Assembly (NCBI GenBank): GCA_050953105.1 | Contig: JBMNMA010000001.1 | Span: 235,917-299,916 of the forward strand | Origin: Eubacteriales bacterium | GTDB lineage: Bacteria; Bacillota; Clostridia; Oscillospirales; CAG-382 | DNA length: 64,000 nt | Direction: 5' to 3' | Shown here: in pieces, positions 19,474 through 30,283 of the stretch | Layout: every line of letters starts with the position of its first letter | Position numbering within the stretch: position 1 is the stretch's first letter | The notes under the pieces: model-generated | The model's database searches: none | What the model was told of the DNA's origin: nothing | The model's input: only the letters and a program-made list of their open reading frames with translations | Translations under genes and position numbers: made by a program

Positions 19474-20721
19474 ATGAAAAAAGTCAAAAAAGCCTTAGTT
19501 GTAATTTTGGCAGCCGCCTTTTGCCTTGCCCTGTTTACCTCCTCATTCTTTGATGCAAAGGTGGTCGCTGCCGGAAAGAACACCACCATATCAGAGGATC
19601 AGGAAGAGCTGAAGACCCTTCAGGCAAGGCTTAACTCCATACGCCAGAAGCGGGAAAACCTTAATAAGTCCAAAGAACAGGCGGGACAGGACTATGAAAA
19701 CGCCTACGCCGAAAAGCTTATGCTGGAAAACGATATTTCCCTGCTTGAGGACGAAATAGAAGTAACCACAAAGCTTATAGAGGACTACGAAAAGCTAATC
19801 GATTCGCTGCATTATCAAATATACGATCAGCAAACAAAAATCGACCGGTTGTACGAACTGTATGACACCGTTGTGGTTTATTACTACAAGAACGGCAAAC
19901 CCACAGACCTTGAACTGCTTTTCATGTCCGATTCCATTTCCTCCTTCCTTACCAAAAAGGACTATGTGGAATACATGCTCAAGTACATGAAGCAGGTAAT
20001 GAACGACATTGACGCCGCCAAATCCGACCTGGCCGACACACTTAATACATACGAAATTACAAATAAAGACCTGCAAAGCTACCGGGAAAACCTGACCATT
20101 TCCAAAGCCGATTATGAGGGACAGGTATTGGAGCTTGAAGCCCTTATGGCCCAGTACGGCGGTCAGATGGAGCTTACCAAAGAGCAAATTGCGGAGTTTG
20201 AACGCCAGGCCAAAGAGCTTGAACGCCAGATCGCCGAATTAAACAGAATAATGCAGGAAAAAATCACTTACATAGAAGGCGATTACGGCTGGCCGATAGC
20301 CGCCGACTACTGGGGAAGCTGCCGCATAACCTCTCCCTACGGCTACCGCCCCGACCCGATTACCCATGTTCAGGCTTTCCACAACGGGCTTGACATTGCC
20401 GCACCGGAGGGAACCCCCGTTCAGTCGGTTAAAGCCGGAGTTGTGGTGAAAAGCGAATATTCCGAAAGCTACGGCAACTATATTATGATATCCCACGGAG
20501 ACGGCACCTCCACTTTATACGCCCACCTTTCAAAGCGTCTGGTCAACGTAAACGACAAGGTGCTGAAAGGGCAGGTTATAGGACGGGTGGGATCCACCGG
20601 AAGATCGACGGGCAACCACCTACACTTTACCGTCTACAAAGGCGGCGAGCTTGACGATCCGGTAAAATATCTTGACAAAACCTTTACGAAAACCCTTGAT
20701 AAAAATAACATTCTCAAATAA
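19474..20721 (+). CDS. Coiled-coil M23 peptidase (EnvC/CwlO-like FtsEX partner)
   Basis: Signal peptide, long coiled coil, HNGLD, YAHLS and HLHF LytM motifs. Confidence 0.9.
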   Translation: MKKVKKALVVILAAAFCLALFTSSFFDAKVVAAGKNTTISEDQEELKTLQARLNSIRQKRENLNKSKEQAGQDYENAYAEKLMLENDISLLEDEIEVTTKLIEDYEKLIDSLHYQIYDQQTKIDRLYELYDTVVVYYYKNGKPTDLELLFMSDSISSFLTKKDYVEYMLKYMKQVMNDIDAAKSDLADTLNTYEITNKDLQSYRENLTISKADYEGQVLELEALMAQYGGQMELTKEQIAEFERQAKELERQIAELNRIMQEKITYIEGDYGWPIAADYWGSCRITSPYGYRPDPITHVQAFHNGLDIAAPEGTPVQSVKAGVVVKSEYSESYGNYIMISHGDGTSTLYAHLSKRLVNVNDKVLKGQVIGRVGSTGRSTGNHLHFTVYKGGELDDPVKYLDKTFTKTLDKNNILK

Positions 20722-20752
20722 CCATACTTATTTTTAGGAAAGAAGCTTTTGA

Positions 20753-22075
20753 ATGAGTAAATATATCAGAATAACAACCGCCCTGGTGTTATGCGTCGTT
20801 ATTGCGGTGGTTACCTATGTTTCGGTGTCGGTATTACAGCGTGAAAGATACGACGAAATGCTTGACAGCCAGTATGCCGCCTACAACAACGCCATCGAAG
20901 CTTTAAAGCAAAAATACGAAAACCTTTCCACCCTTAATCAGGCGACAAATATATTAAAAGAAGCTCAGAGATTGGTTGAGCAATACTATGTGTTTGACGT
21001 TGACGACGAGGCGGTAAAAGCCTCCCTGGCCCAGGCGACCTATGATATATTGATTGCCGGCACAGTAAAGAATGAGGATATTCAAACGTATCTGCTTAAC
21101 GCTTACTTTGATGCCATTGGTGATCCCTATACCCTGTATCACCCCAAAGCGGAAATGGATGAGCTTGCCGACTCTTCCCAAGGCAGACTGTACGGCATAG
21201 GCATTTACGTTTATTTCAACCCAGATACGGGACATATTTATGTTAACCGGGTTATGCCAAACTCCCCTGCCGAAAAGGCGGGTATCCTTGCCGGGGACAC
21301 CATCACCCACATCGAAGACGTTGAAGTTACAGAGGAAACCTATTCCCAGTGCGTTGCCCTTGTGGCCGGCGAACTCGGAACCACGGTTAAACTTAATATT
21401 ATTAGAAACGGCGTTGAAATGGTTATTAACCCCGTCCGGGGCGAGGTAAGGACAAAAAGCGTTTACACCGAATATATGGGCGACTACGCCTGGATAGCCA
21501 TTATGGAGTTTTCGGGCCATGTGGCGGAAGATTTTATCGCTGCCATAAATGAAGCCGAGAAAAAAGGGGTTAAGGGTTATATCTTTGATGTACGCAGCAA
21601 CCCCGGCGGAGATTTAAACATTATCTGCGACGTGCTTGACAGGCTTCTTCCCGAAGGTCCGATAGTTAATATAATGGACAAAAATCAAAACAAAGTAGCC
21701 TCCCGTTCATCGGACGCGATTTGCATAAACAAGCCCATGACAGTCCTTGCCAACGGGTCCACCGCTTCCGCCGGAGAGCTGTTCACCGCCGCACTAAGAG
21801 ACTACAACATGGCCACCATTATAGGGGAAACCACCTACGGCAAAGGGACAATGCAGACCATTCAACCCCTTTCCGACGGATCAGGTGTTAGAATAACCCA
21901 GTATTTCTACAATCCCCCCTACGGCGAAAACTACCACAGCAAGGGCATAGCGCCAGATATTGAGGTAATTGAAAGCGAATACTACAAAGACCGTCCCTTT
22001 TTAAGGGGGACCGAGGGCGACGAGCCGTTAAAGACCGCCATAGCCGAACTTGACCGGATTAACAGCGAAAAATAA
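20753..22075 (+). CDS. ctpA: S41 carboxy-terminal processing protease
   Basis: PDZ domain (GIGIY..NSPAEKAGILAGD), DVRSNPGG, TASAGE, TYGKG. Confidence 0.9.
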   Translation: MSKYIRITTALVLCVVIAVVTYVSVSVLQRERYDEMLDSQYAAYNNAIEALKQKYENLSTLNQATNILKEAQRLVEQYYVFDVDDEAVKASLAQATYDILIAGTVKNEDIQTYLLNAYFDAIGDPYTLYHPKAEMDELADSSQGRLYGIGIYVYFNPDTGHIYVNRVMPNSPAEKAGILAGDTITHIEDVEVTEETYSQCVALVAGELGTTVKLNIIRNGVEMVINPVRGEVRTKSVYTEYMGDYAWIAIMEFSGHVAEDFIAAINEAEKKGVKGYIFDVRSNPGGDLNIICDVLDRLLPEGPIVNIMDKNQNKVASRSSDAICINKPMTVLANGSTASAGELFTAALRDYNMATIIGETTYGKGTMQTIQPLSDGSGVRITQYFYNPPYGENYHSKGIAPDIEVIESEYYKDRPFLRGTEGDEPLKTAIAELDRINSEK

Positions 22076-22133
22076 AATTTATTAATAAAAATCAGAATCC
22101 AAACGTTAAATATATACCGAGGAGAAAACCAAA

Positions 22134-22607
22134 ATGGCAAAGCAAATATACGTATCCAAAGAAGGCTACGCCAAACTGATGGCGGAGCTTGAGCATCTTA
22201 AGACGGTAAAAAGAAACGAAGTGGCCCAGGCCATAGCCAAAGCAAGATCTTACGGCGACCTTTCTGAAAACTCCGAATACGACGAGGCAAAAAACGAACA
22301 GGGCGAGGTTGAAACCAGAATCGCAAACCTGGAATCGATTATCGAAAACGCCGTTATTCTTGACGACAGCGAAGTCAGAACCGACAGGGTCAGTATAGGC
22401 AGCCTTGTTAAAATCTATGACATTGAAAGAAACAAGGAAGTGGAATACCGTGTGGTAGGCTCCACCGAAGCCGACCCCTTCGCCGGTAAGATTTCCGACG
22501 ATTCACCTCTCGGCAAGGCACTTATAGGCTGCCGCAAGGGGGACACCATTAACGTAGAAGCCCCCAAAGGAATATTAAGATACACAATAATATCAATTTC
22601 CAAATAA
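22134..22607 (+). CDS. greA: Transcription elongation factor GreA
   Basis: GDLSENSEYDEAK, ISDDSPLGKAL. Confidence 0.97.
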   Translation: MAKQIYVSKEGYAKLMAELEHLKTVKRNEVAQAIAKARSYGDLSENSEYDEAKNEQGEVETRIANLESIIENAVILDDSEVRTDRVSIGSLVKIYDIERNKEVEYRVVGSTEADPFAGKISDDSPLGKALIGCRKGDTINVEAPKGILRYTIISISK

Positions 22608-22622
22608 AGAAAAGGATTTATT

Positions 22623-24128
22623 ATGCTTGACGAAGTTAACCAGGTAAATTCCGGAGATAACGAGGTTACCACAACCCACGAGCTGGAACTAAGACGTATA
22701 AAGCTTGCCGACCTTAAGGAGTCTGGCAAGAATCCCTATGAGGAAGTAAAATTCGAAAAAACCGCTTTTGCCGCAGTCATAAAGGAAAACTTTGAGGATT
22801 ATGATGGCAAGGACGTGGCCATAGCTGGGCGTATAATGTCCCGCCGGGATATGGGCAAAGCCAACTTTATTGACATTGCCGACGGCAGCGGAAGAATCCA
22901 GTGCTATATCAAGATAGACGACATAGGCGAAGAAACCTTTGGCGAATATAAAAAATGGGACATAGGCGACATAGTGGGCCTTACCGGCTTTGTGTTTAAA
23001 ACAAGGCGGGGAGAAATTTCGGTTCACGCAAAGTCTATAAAGCTGTTGTCCAAATCCCTTTTGCCTTTACCCGAAAAGTTCCACGGCTTAAAGGACACCG
23101 ATTTGCGCTACCGCCAGAGGTATGTTGACCTTATAGTCAACCCCGAGGTTAAAAACACCTTTATTAAAAGATCCCAGATAATATCCAAAATCCGCAACTT
23201 CCTTGACTCAAAGGGATTTTTGGAAGTGGACACCCCTGTCCTCCACACCCTTGAAATAGGTGCGGCGGCAAGGCCATTTATAACCCACCACAACACCCTT
23301 GATATTCCCATGTATCTTCGCATAGAAACCGAGCTTCACCTTAAGCGGCTTATAGTGGGCGGCTTTGAAAAGGTGTATGAAGTGGGAAGAGTGTTCAGAA
23401 ACGAGGGTATGGACGTTAAGCACAACCCCGAATTTACGTCGGTGGAACTGTATCAGGCCTACACCGACTATCACGGCATGATGGATCTGGTGGAGGAGCT
23501 GTTTGTAAACCTTACAAAGGATATCTGCGGCAGCGAGGTTATCACCTATCAGGGAACCGAAATTAACATGGCGTCCCCCTGGGAAAGGCTTTCCATGGCC
23601 GAGGCTGTTAAGAAGTATGCCGGTGTGGACTACAACGACTGGGACACCGACGAAAAGGCATTGGCTGTGGCAAAAGCACACAATCTGAAAATCGAGGGTG
23701 CCCAGACCAAGGGGAACGTGCTTATTGCGTTTTTTGAAAACTTTGTTGAAGACAGGCTTATTCAGCCCACCTTCATATATGATTATCCCGTTGAAAACTC
23801 TCCGCTGGCCAAGCGGAAAAAGGATAACCCTGCCTTTACCGAACGGTTTGAATTCTTTATTTACGCCAGAGAGATGGGGAACGCCTTTTCCGAGCTGAAC
23901 GACCCCATTGACCAGAGAGAAAGGTTTGAAAAACAGGTAGCCGCAAAGAAAGCGGCAGGAATAAATGCCGAGGTGGACGAGGACTTTATAACCGCCCTCG
24001 AATACGGTATGCCCCCCACCGGCGGTCTTGGATTCGGCCTTGACCGGCTGGTGATGCTCCTTACCGACTCCCCCTCAATAAGAGACGTGCTGCTGTTCCC
24101 TACAATGAAGCCTGTTAAGAATAGCTGA
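22623..24128 (+). CDS. lysS: Lysine--tRNA ligase (class II)
   Basis: [35 protein letters not shown]. Confidence 0.98.
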   Translation: MLDEVNQVNSGDNEVTTTHELELRRIKLADLKESGKNPYEEVKFEKTAFAAVIKENFEDYDGKDVAIAGRIMSRRDMGKANFIDIADGSGRIQCYIKIDDIGEETFGEYKKWDIGDIVGLTGFVFKTRRGEISVHAKSIKLLSKSLLPLPEKFHGLKDTDLRYRQRYVDLIVNPEVKNTFIKRSQIISKIRNFLDSKGFLEVDTPVLHTLEIGAAARPFITHHNTLDIPMYLRIETELHLKRLIVGGFEKVYEVGRVFRNEGMDVKHNPEFTSVELYQAYTDYHGMMDLVEELFVNLTKDICGSEVITYQGTEINMASPWERLSMAEAVKKYAGVDYNDWDTDEKALAVAKAHNLKIEGAQTKGNVLIAFFENFVEDRLIQPTFIYDYPVENSPLAKRKKDNPAFTERFEFFIYAREMGNAFSELNDPIDQRERFEKQVAAKKAAGINAEVDEDFITALEYGMPPTGGLGFGLDRLVMLLTDSPSIRDVLLFPTMKPVKNS

Positions 24129-24155
24129 AATTTCTTTGAAAGGAAGGGTTAAGCT

Positions 24156-25481
24156 ATGAAAATCGGCGCAGACGGCAAGCCCGCCGAACTGGAACGGGAC
24201 GAAGCCCCGGAGGAGGCCCGGAAAGAGGAAGCAAAGCTGTCGTTTAAGGAAAAGCTGGAGCATTTCTGGTATTTCTACAAATGGCAGACCATAATTTCGA
24301 TTATAGTGGTTTTCGGCATAGGACTGGGGTTGGTTCAGCTTTTTACCAACGTATCACCCGACGCCCGGATAATGTATATCGGTCCGGGCTATCTTTCCCC
24401 AAACGTTAAAACAGACATGGGGAAGGTTGCCGAACAATATCTTAACGATTACAACGGGGATAACAAAAAGTATCTTGGCATCCTTGACATAACGGCGGCG
24501 GTGGGGGACAACATACCCCAAACCGCATATGAACTGAATACCGAAGCGGCAAAGCGGTTCAATGTGGAAATAACCACCGGCGACAGTATGATATATCTGG
24601 TTGAGGAATCCTTTTATCTTCAGCTAAAGGATATGGGTGTTCTTGAAAAGCTTTCCAACCTTATAGACACCGATCTGCTCCCTGACAATACCTACGACGA
24701 ATACGGTGTAAGGGTGTCAAACCTTGATTTCTTCAACCTTGACGGCTTTTCGGCGGTTCCCGACAACACCATACTCTGTATGCGCCAGTCCCCTGTGTTA
24801 GAGGAACTGTCCTACGGCCGGACGGTGGAGTTCTGGAATTCCAACAAGGCCCTGTTTAAGGCAATGTTTGAATACAAAGGTGAAAAGAAACCCGACAGCC
24901 AGCCGGGCAGGGTCTTTAACGTAAAGGGCTACGATGCGGTGATTATGTATATCGGCTACAACCGGATATACGAAATAACCCAGAAACCCCTTTCGAAATC
25001 GGCTTCAGCCTATATTTACGACTCCAACAAGTCAAATGCCAAGGAATTAGGTATCGACTACCGTATTTTGCAAAAGTCTGCCGACAAGACGGCATACCAG
25101 GCCAACCCCGATGATGCGGCATACCTTGAAAATCAGATAGCCAACGGAAACGACATTTTGTTCCTTGTGGAAAGGTCGTTTTACGACAAGCTGTATGAAT
25201 CGGGCGTATTGTTGTCTGTGGAAAGCGTGTTCACCTACCGCACCCCCGACGGCGAAACGGTGGTGGCCCTTCCCGACGTAACATCATTTGACGGCTACGG
25301 AGTGGATATATCCGAACTGGAATTCTTTTCGAATATAGAAGGCTTTGACGTGTTCGGAGAGGATTTGGTGCTTTGCATAAGAAACCGTCCCGAAAATTGC
25401 GATAAAAGCTACTATAACTCCTGTGTTGAATTTTACAGGAATATTTTAAATTACACAACCAAAACCCCGACGGCAAATTAG
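24156..25481 (+). CDS. Single-pass membrane protein with two tandem homologous extracellular domains
   Basis: KLEHFWYFYKW followed by a TM helix; internal duplication (see findings). Confidence 0.75.
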   Translation: MKIGADGKPAELERDEAPEEARKEEAKLSFKEKLEHFWYFYKWQTIISIIVVFGIGLGLVQLFTNVSPDARIMYIGPGYLSPNVKTDMGKVAEQYLNDYNGDNKKYLGILDITAAVGDNIPQTAYELNTEAAKRFNVEITTGDSMIYLVEESFYLQLKDMGVLEKLSNLIDTDLLPDNTYDEYGVRVSNLDFFNLDGFSAVPDNTILCMRQSPVLEELSYGRTVEFWNSNKALFKAMFEYKGEKKPDSQPGRVFNVKGYDAVIMYIGYNRIYEITQKPLSKSASAYIYDSNKSNAKELGIDYRILQKSADKTAYQANPDDAAYLENQIANGNDILFLVERSFYDKLYESGVLLSVESVFTYRTPDGETVVALPDVTSFDGYGVDISELEFFSNIEGFDVFGEDLVLCIRNRPENCDKSYYNSCVEFYRNILNYTTKTPTAN

Positions 25482-25509
25482 GATAATGGCTAATCTGTTA
25501 AAAAAACTG

Positions 25510-25538
25510 TTGCAAATTTCCTAAAAATATGCTACTAT
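25510..25538 (+). promoter_or_regulatory. sigma-A promoter of the LRR gene
   Basis: TTGCAA-17 nt-TACTAT with TG extension. Confidence 0.55.
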
Positions 25539-25578
25539 TACGAGAAGTGAGTTAAAAATCCGGAGGATTAAAACAAAA

Positions 25579-27915
25579 ATGGCAAAATATACAAAGAAAC
25601 AGCTAAAAAGAACCTTCATTATAACCGTCGCTTTATGTATTCTTGTGTCCGGCGCCGGTGTGGGAATTTTCCTGAAATCCTACCTCAACTCGTCCCCCAT
25701 GTTTGAAAACCAGTATTTTGCAAGAGCTCTGGCTGACAAGCTTGGGGTTTACGCAAGGAACATAACCCAGGAAATGCTTGACCAGTTCGAGTATTTATAT
25801 TACTCCTATACGGCAATGGACCAGAACTACAACATGACCAACTATACCTATATAATTTTAGGTAATGCCAACTATGCCTCCGCCATGCTTGATGCGGAGG
25901 AATCCTCCGGTGAAGAAAGCAATGATGCATCCGGGCAGACAAGCGAGGAGTCGCTGACCAGCGGCGATAGCACCTTGGAGGAAACTGCCGAAGAATCAGC
26001 CGAAACCACCGTGGATGAATCTACCGATGAAACCACCGGTGATGGCAGTGAAGTGAGTGAAGGCAGCAACGCCAGCGAGGGAAGCAACACCAGCGAAGGC
26101 AGCGAAGCCAGTGAGGAAACCAGCCTTCCCTATTCCCCGGATGACTATGTTTATGTTGTCGGTGTAACCCTTTCGGCAAAGGATGCGGCTCTTTTCAGAA
26201 ACTTAAGATCCCTTGTCGCTCTTGACGGCACCGCTATCTACTCCATTCAGTATGAAGTGTTTTATGCCAACCTTATGGCGTCCTACTACGGCTACAACTT
26301 AGGCCTTGACGCAGAGGAAATCATAAAAGCCATCGCTATCGATGACATAACCGACTTTACCGTTTTTGAAAACTTAAAGAAGCTTGAATACCTCGGCGTG
26401 GCTGCTTCTTCCTTAAAGCGTTTTAACGGTATCGAAAACCTTACCACCCTTAAGCGGCTTGACATTTCACGCACCAAGGTAACCACCCTTGACGGCATTG
26501 AAAAGCTTACAAATATCGAGCACATTGCCGCCACCGAAAATAAAATAAGTGACATTGCACCCATTGCAAACCTTACCACCCTTACCTCCCTTGACCTTAG
26601 CAAGAACGAAATTAAGGATATAACTCCCTTAAAGAACCTTACAAAGCTTACCGATCTTTATCTTATTGACAATAAAATAGAATCTGTTTCCTCCCTGTCG
26701 GGACTTACCGAACTTAAGAACCTTAATCTCAACACCAACGAGATAACCGACATTTCGGCCATTTCATCCCTTACAAAGCTTGAAACGCTGTATCTGTCAG
26801 AAAACAAGTTCACCTCCTTCCCCGACATGTCGGCCCTTGACAACTTAAAAACCCTTGAGGCCAAGGGAACAAAAGACACAAAGACCGACGATGACAAGGA
26901 CGAAACCTCCGGCGAAGAAAGCGAAGCAAGCGAAACCAGTCAAGCTGGCAACAACAATGATACCAAGGAACCCGAATACGTCATTACCGGAACTATAACC
27001 GATATTTCGGGTATAAAGGGCATGGACAAGCTTGAGACCTTAAACCTTGCCATGAACAAGATAAAAACCCTTCACGACCTGTCATCGCTGAAAGCTCTTA
27101 CAACCGTTGATGTTTCAGACAACGAACTTACAGCGGTTGAAGGTATTCACAACCTTGACAAGCTTACCACCATCACTTTAAGCAATAACAAGCTGACTTC
27201 TATAGACAATATTCGCGACCTTAAGGCGCTCACCACCCTTACCGTCGACAACAATAAGCTTACCTCCCTTCCCGACCTGTCGTCCCTTAAGGCTCTGGTT
27301 ACCCTTACCGCCAACAAGAACGAAATTGCATCTCTGGGCGGTATCAACAACATCGAAACCCTTAAGACCATTGACCTTTCGGACAACCTGCTGGTAGACA
27401 ACCTGAAAATCCACGACCTTAAGGTGCTTACCACCCTTAACTTAAGCAACAATAAGATTAAGGACATTTCGGGACTTTCCAAGCTTGATGCGGTTACAAC
27501 CATCGACCTTACCAACAACGAGCTTGAAAATATCGAACCGTTGTTACACTTCAAGACACTTACGTCGATTATGTGTGCCCAGAACAAGATTTCCAACCTC
27601 CCTGCCACCGACCTTAAGGTGGAATCGGGTGACGAGGAACTTCCTCCGCTGTATAACGTAACCTCGGTTGACTTTTCCGATAACCTTCTTACCAATGACG
27701 GTATCGAAGGCATGACCACCTACTTCAAAGCCACCGGTGTTACCTCCATTAAAATTGGCGGAAACAACATAAACGACTACAAGGTGCTTTCCGACTTCTT
27801 CAAGAACGCCACCATTAACAACAAGGCTACATCCGACACCTCCGGCGAGGAATCCGATGCTTCCGAAGAATCGGCAGCCTCTGAAGAAAGTGCAGCAAGC
27901 GAAGAATCCAAATAA
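25579..27915 (+). CDS. Internalin-like leucine-rich repeat surface protein with Ser/Glu-rich linkers
   Basis: Many 22-aa repeats of type LxxLxxLxLxxNxIxDIxxL; N-terminal TM segment; three acidic low-complexity tracts. Confidence 0.9.
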   Translation: MAKYTKKQLKRTFIITVALCILVSGAGVGIFLKSYLNSSPMFENQYFARALADKLGVYARNITQEMLDQFEYLYYSYTAMDQNYNMTNYTYIILGNANYASAMLDAEESSGEESNDASGQTSEESLTSGDSTLEETAEESAETTVDESTDETTGDGSEVSEGSNASEGSNTSEGSEASEETSLPYSPDDYVYVVGVTLSAKDAALFRNLRSLVALDGTAIYSIQYEVFYANLMASYYGYNLGLDAEEIIKAIAIDDITDFTVFENLKKLEYLGVAASSLKRFNGIENLTTLKRLDISRTKVTTLDGIEKLTNIEHIAATENKISDIAPIANLTTLTSLDLSKNEIKDITPLKNLTKLTDLYLIDNKIESVSSLSGLTELKNLNLNTNEITDISAISSLTKLETLYLSENKFTSFPDMSALDNLKTLEAKGTKDTKTDDDKDETSGEESEASETSQAGNNNDTKEPEYVITGTITDISGIKGMDKLETLNLAMNKIKTLHDLSSLKALTTVDVSDNELTAVEGIHNLDKLTTITLSNNKLTSIDNIRDLKALTTLTVDNNKLTSLPDLSSLKALVTLTANKNEIASLGGINNIETLKTIDLSDNLLVDNLKIHDLKVLTTLNLSNNKIKDISGLSKLDAVTTIDLTNNELENIEPLLHFKTLTSIMCAQNKISNLPATDLKVESGDEELPPLYNVTSVDFSDNLLTNDGIEGMTTYFKATGVTSIKIGGNNINDYKVLSDFFKNATINNKATSDTSGEESDASEESAASEESAASEESK
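26047..26118 (+). repeat. Degenerate 18-bp tandem repeats encoding SEGSNA/SEGSNT/SEGSEA
   Basis: agtgaaggcagcaacgcc, agcgagggaagcaacacc, agcgaaggcagcgaagcc. Confidence 0.75.
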
Positions 27916-27931
27916 GCAGTAATACAATATA

Positions 27932-27967
27932 ACACCAAACCCAACCTTTAAGGGTTGGGTTTGGTGT
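27932..27967 (+). terminator. Long hairpin after the LRR gene
   Basis: ACACCAAACCCAACC..GGTTGGGTTTGGTGT inverted repeat. Confidence 0.65.
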
Positions 27968-27990
27968 ATATACAATAAATTAAAGGACAG

Positions 27991-28653
27991 GTGGATGATA
28001 TGAATTTTCGGGACTTTGAAAAAAACAGCGTCATTTTAATGTCAGGCGATTCGGTTACCGACTGCAACCGGGCACGCCCCTATGGCACCTACACAACGGG
28101 GCTGGGGGACGGCTATGTAAAACGTATTCACGAAATTATAACGGCAACATATCCTGAAAAAGAAATTAAGATAGTAAATGCCGGCATTTCCGGTGAAACC
28201 TCCCGTCACGTAAGGGCAAGGTGGATAAGCGACATTGAAAATATAAAGCCCGACTACGCCACCCTCCTTATCGGTGTAAACGACGTGTGGCGCAAGCACG
28301 ACTATTACATGGACAAACACATGGCGGTGGGAATAGAGGAGTATGAGGACAACATACGATTTATTACCGACTATGCCGTTAAAAACCTCAAAGGCTTCGC
28401 CCTTATTTCCCCGTTTTATCTTGAACTGAACAGAAAAGATATATTTATGAAGGATGTTCTGGCCTATGCGGAGGTGTGCAAAAAGGTAGCGGCGGAATAC
28501 GGCTGCGATTATATAGACCTCCAACCCGAAATCGACAGGCTGTGCAAGGCTTTATATACAAAGGCCTTCTCCCCCGACCGGGTTCACCCCGGCCCGGTGG
28601 CCCATTATGCAATGGCCAGATATATTCTGAAACAGTGGAAATTTAAATTTTAA
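27991..28653 (+). CDS. SGNH/GDSL hydrolase (cytoplasmic)
   Basis: GDSVTD, NAGISG, IGVNDVW, DRVHP. Confidence 0.9.
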   Translation: MDDMNFRDFEKNSVILMSGDSVTDCNRARPYGTYTTGLGDGYVKRIHEIITATYPEKEIKIVNAGISGETSRHVRARWISDIENIKPDYATLLIGVNDVWRKHDYYMDKHMAVGIEEYEDNIRFITDYAVKNLKGFALISPFYLELNRKDIFMKDVLAYAEVCKKVAAEYGCDYIDLQPEIDRLCKALYTKAFSPDRVHPGPVAHYAMARYILKQWKFKF

Positions 28654-28675
28654 TTATTGAAAGGAATTTTATAAT

Positions 28676-29149
28676 ATGCCCGACCTGCTTGTAAAACTGT
28701 ATGAAATAGGCGACAACTCCGCCGTATATAACGAGCTTTTGGAAAAAGGTATTAAAATAATCCGCCCCATGACACCCAACAAACATAAAGTTCATGAGTT
28801 TGTTGTAAAGCATTTCCACGAAGGCTGGGCCAACGAAGTTGACACCGCCTTTACCAGGTTCCCGGTATCCTGCTTTATAGCCGTTGACGTTCAGACAAAA
28901 GAGATTTTAGGCTTTGCCGGATACGACTGCACTTATAAAGCCTATTTCGGCCCCACCGGCGTTGACGAATCCAGACGCAAGCTGGGTATAGGCAAGGCAT
29001 TGCTTTTACGGTGTCTTGAGGCTATGCGGGACGAGGGCTACGCCTATGCTATAATCGGTTCGGCAGGGCCTGTGGATTTTTATAAGAAAGTATGCGGAGC
29101 CATTGTTATCGAAGGCTCCTCCCCCGGTATTTACGCTGATTTAATATAG
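28676..29149 (+). CDS. GNAT-family N-acetyltransferase
   Basis: FGPTGVDESRRKLGIGKALL acetyl-CoA-binding motif, PVDFYKK. Confidence 0.88.
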   Translation: MPDLLVKLYEIGDNSAVYNELLEKGIKIIRPMTPNKHKVHEFVVKHFHEGWANEVDTAFTRFPVSCFIAVDVQTKEILGFAGYDCTYKAYFGPTGVDESRRKLGIGKALLLRCLEAMRDEGYAYAIIGSAGPVDFYKKVCGAIVIEGSSPGIYADLI

Positions 29150-29160
29150 GAGGAAATTTT

Positions 29161-30237
29161 ATGGCCAAACTGCGAGCCGGTATAATCGGTGCCACCGGAA
29201 TGGTGGGCCAGCGTTTTATCACCCTGCTTGACAATCACCCCTATTTTGAAATAACCTACCTTGCCGCTTCTTCCTCCTCTGCCGGTAAAACCTATGAAAA
29301 GGCTATTGAGGGACGGTGGAAGCTGAATATCCCCTGCCCGGAACATGTCAAGGCCATGGTTGTCCATGACGGCGAGGACGTTTCCCAGGCGGTGGGTAAA
29401 TGCGACTTTGTCTTTTGCGCTGTGGACATGGATAAAGCAAAGACCAAAGCCCTTGAGGAGGAATACGCCAAGGCGGAAATTCCCGTGGTTTCAAACAACT
29501 CGGCCAACCGCCACACCCCCGACGTTCCCATGCTTATTCCTGAGATTAACTTCCTCCATACCGATATAATTCCCATACAAAAACAGCGGCTTGGCACCAA
29601 AAAAGGGTTTATAGCGGTCAAACCCAACTGTTCTATTCAGTCTTATGTTCCGGCTATTGCTCCGCTTATGGATTTTGAGCCGGTGTCCATAAACGTTACC
29701 ACCTTCCAGGCAATTTCCGGCGCAGGCAAGACCTTTGACACTTTCCCCGAAATAGTTGATAACGTTATCCCATATATAGGCGGCGAAGAAGAAAAAAGCG
29801 AAAAGGAACCCCTTAAAATCTGGGCGACCATTGAAAAGGGTGTATTTGTAAACGCTACAAAACCCGTAATTTCCGCCCAGTGTATCCGTGTTCCCGTATC
29901 CGACGGACATCTTGCCGCCGTTTCGGTGAAGTTTGCCAGAAAGCCAAGTAAAGAGGAAATCATTAAACGCTGGAATGAATTTTCCTCCCTGCCCCAGGAG
30001 TTGAAGCTCCCCCATGCTCCCGAAAAGTTTATTACCTACTTTGAGGAGGATAACCGCCCCCAGACCGGCCTTGACCGGGACTTATACGGCGGAATGGGAA
30101 TTTCGGTGGGAAGACTGCGTGAAGACAGCATTTTCGATTACAAGTTTATATGTCTTTCCCACAACACCCTGCGCGGCGCAGCCGGCGGCGGAGTGTTAAC
30201 CGCAGAGCTGCTTTACCGGATGGGCTACCTGTATTAA
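29161..30237 (+). CDS. asd: Aspartate-semialdehyde dehydrogenase
   Basis: GATGMVGQ, PNCS catalytic Cys, QAISGAG, CIRVPVSDGH, SHNTLRGAAGG. Confidence 0.95.
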   Translation: MAKLRAGIIGATGMVGQRFITLLDNHPYFEITYLAASSSSAGKTYEKAIEGRWKLNIPCPEHVKAMVVHDGEDVSQAVGKCDFVFCAVDMDKAKTKALEEEYAKAEIPVVSNNSANRHTPDVPMLIPEINFLHTDIIPIQKQRLGTKKGFIAVKPNCSIQSYVPAIAPLMDFEPVSINVTTFQAISGAGKTFDTFPEIVDNVIPYIGGEEEKSEKEPLKIWATIEKGVFVNATKPVISAQCIRVPVSDGHLAAVSVKFARKPSKEEIIKRWNEFSSLPQELKLPHAPEKFITYFEEDNRPQTGLDRDLYGGMGISVGRLREDSIFDYKFICLSHNTLRGAAGGGVLTAELLYRMGYLY

Positions 30238-30244
30238 ATATTTT

Positions 30245-30271
30245 ACCCGCAGTTTAAGCTGCGGGTTTTTT
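30245..30271. terminator. Terminator between asd and the convergent spoVM
   Basis: ACCCGCAG-tttaag-CTGCGGGT followed by TTTTT. Confidence 0.7.
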
Positions 30272-30283
30272 ATGTATTCCTTT

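Noticed and set aside
16745-24128. cdaR-like regulator linked to ftsEX-M23-ctpA
   Set aside because: Common clostridial gene order
26380-27620. Periodic 66-bp similarity as a CRISPR-like or non-coding array
   Set aside because: Explained by codons of the 22-aa LRR repeats in an open frame; no unique spacers and no cas genes
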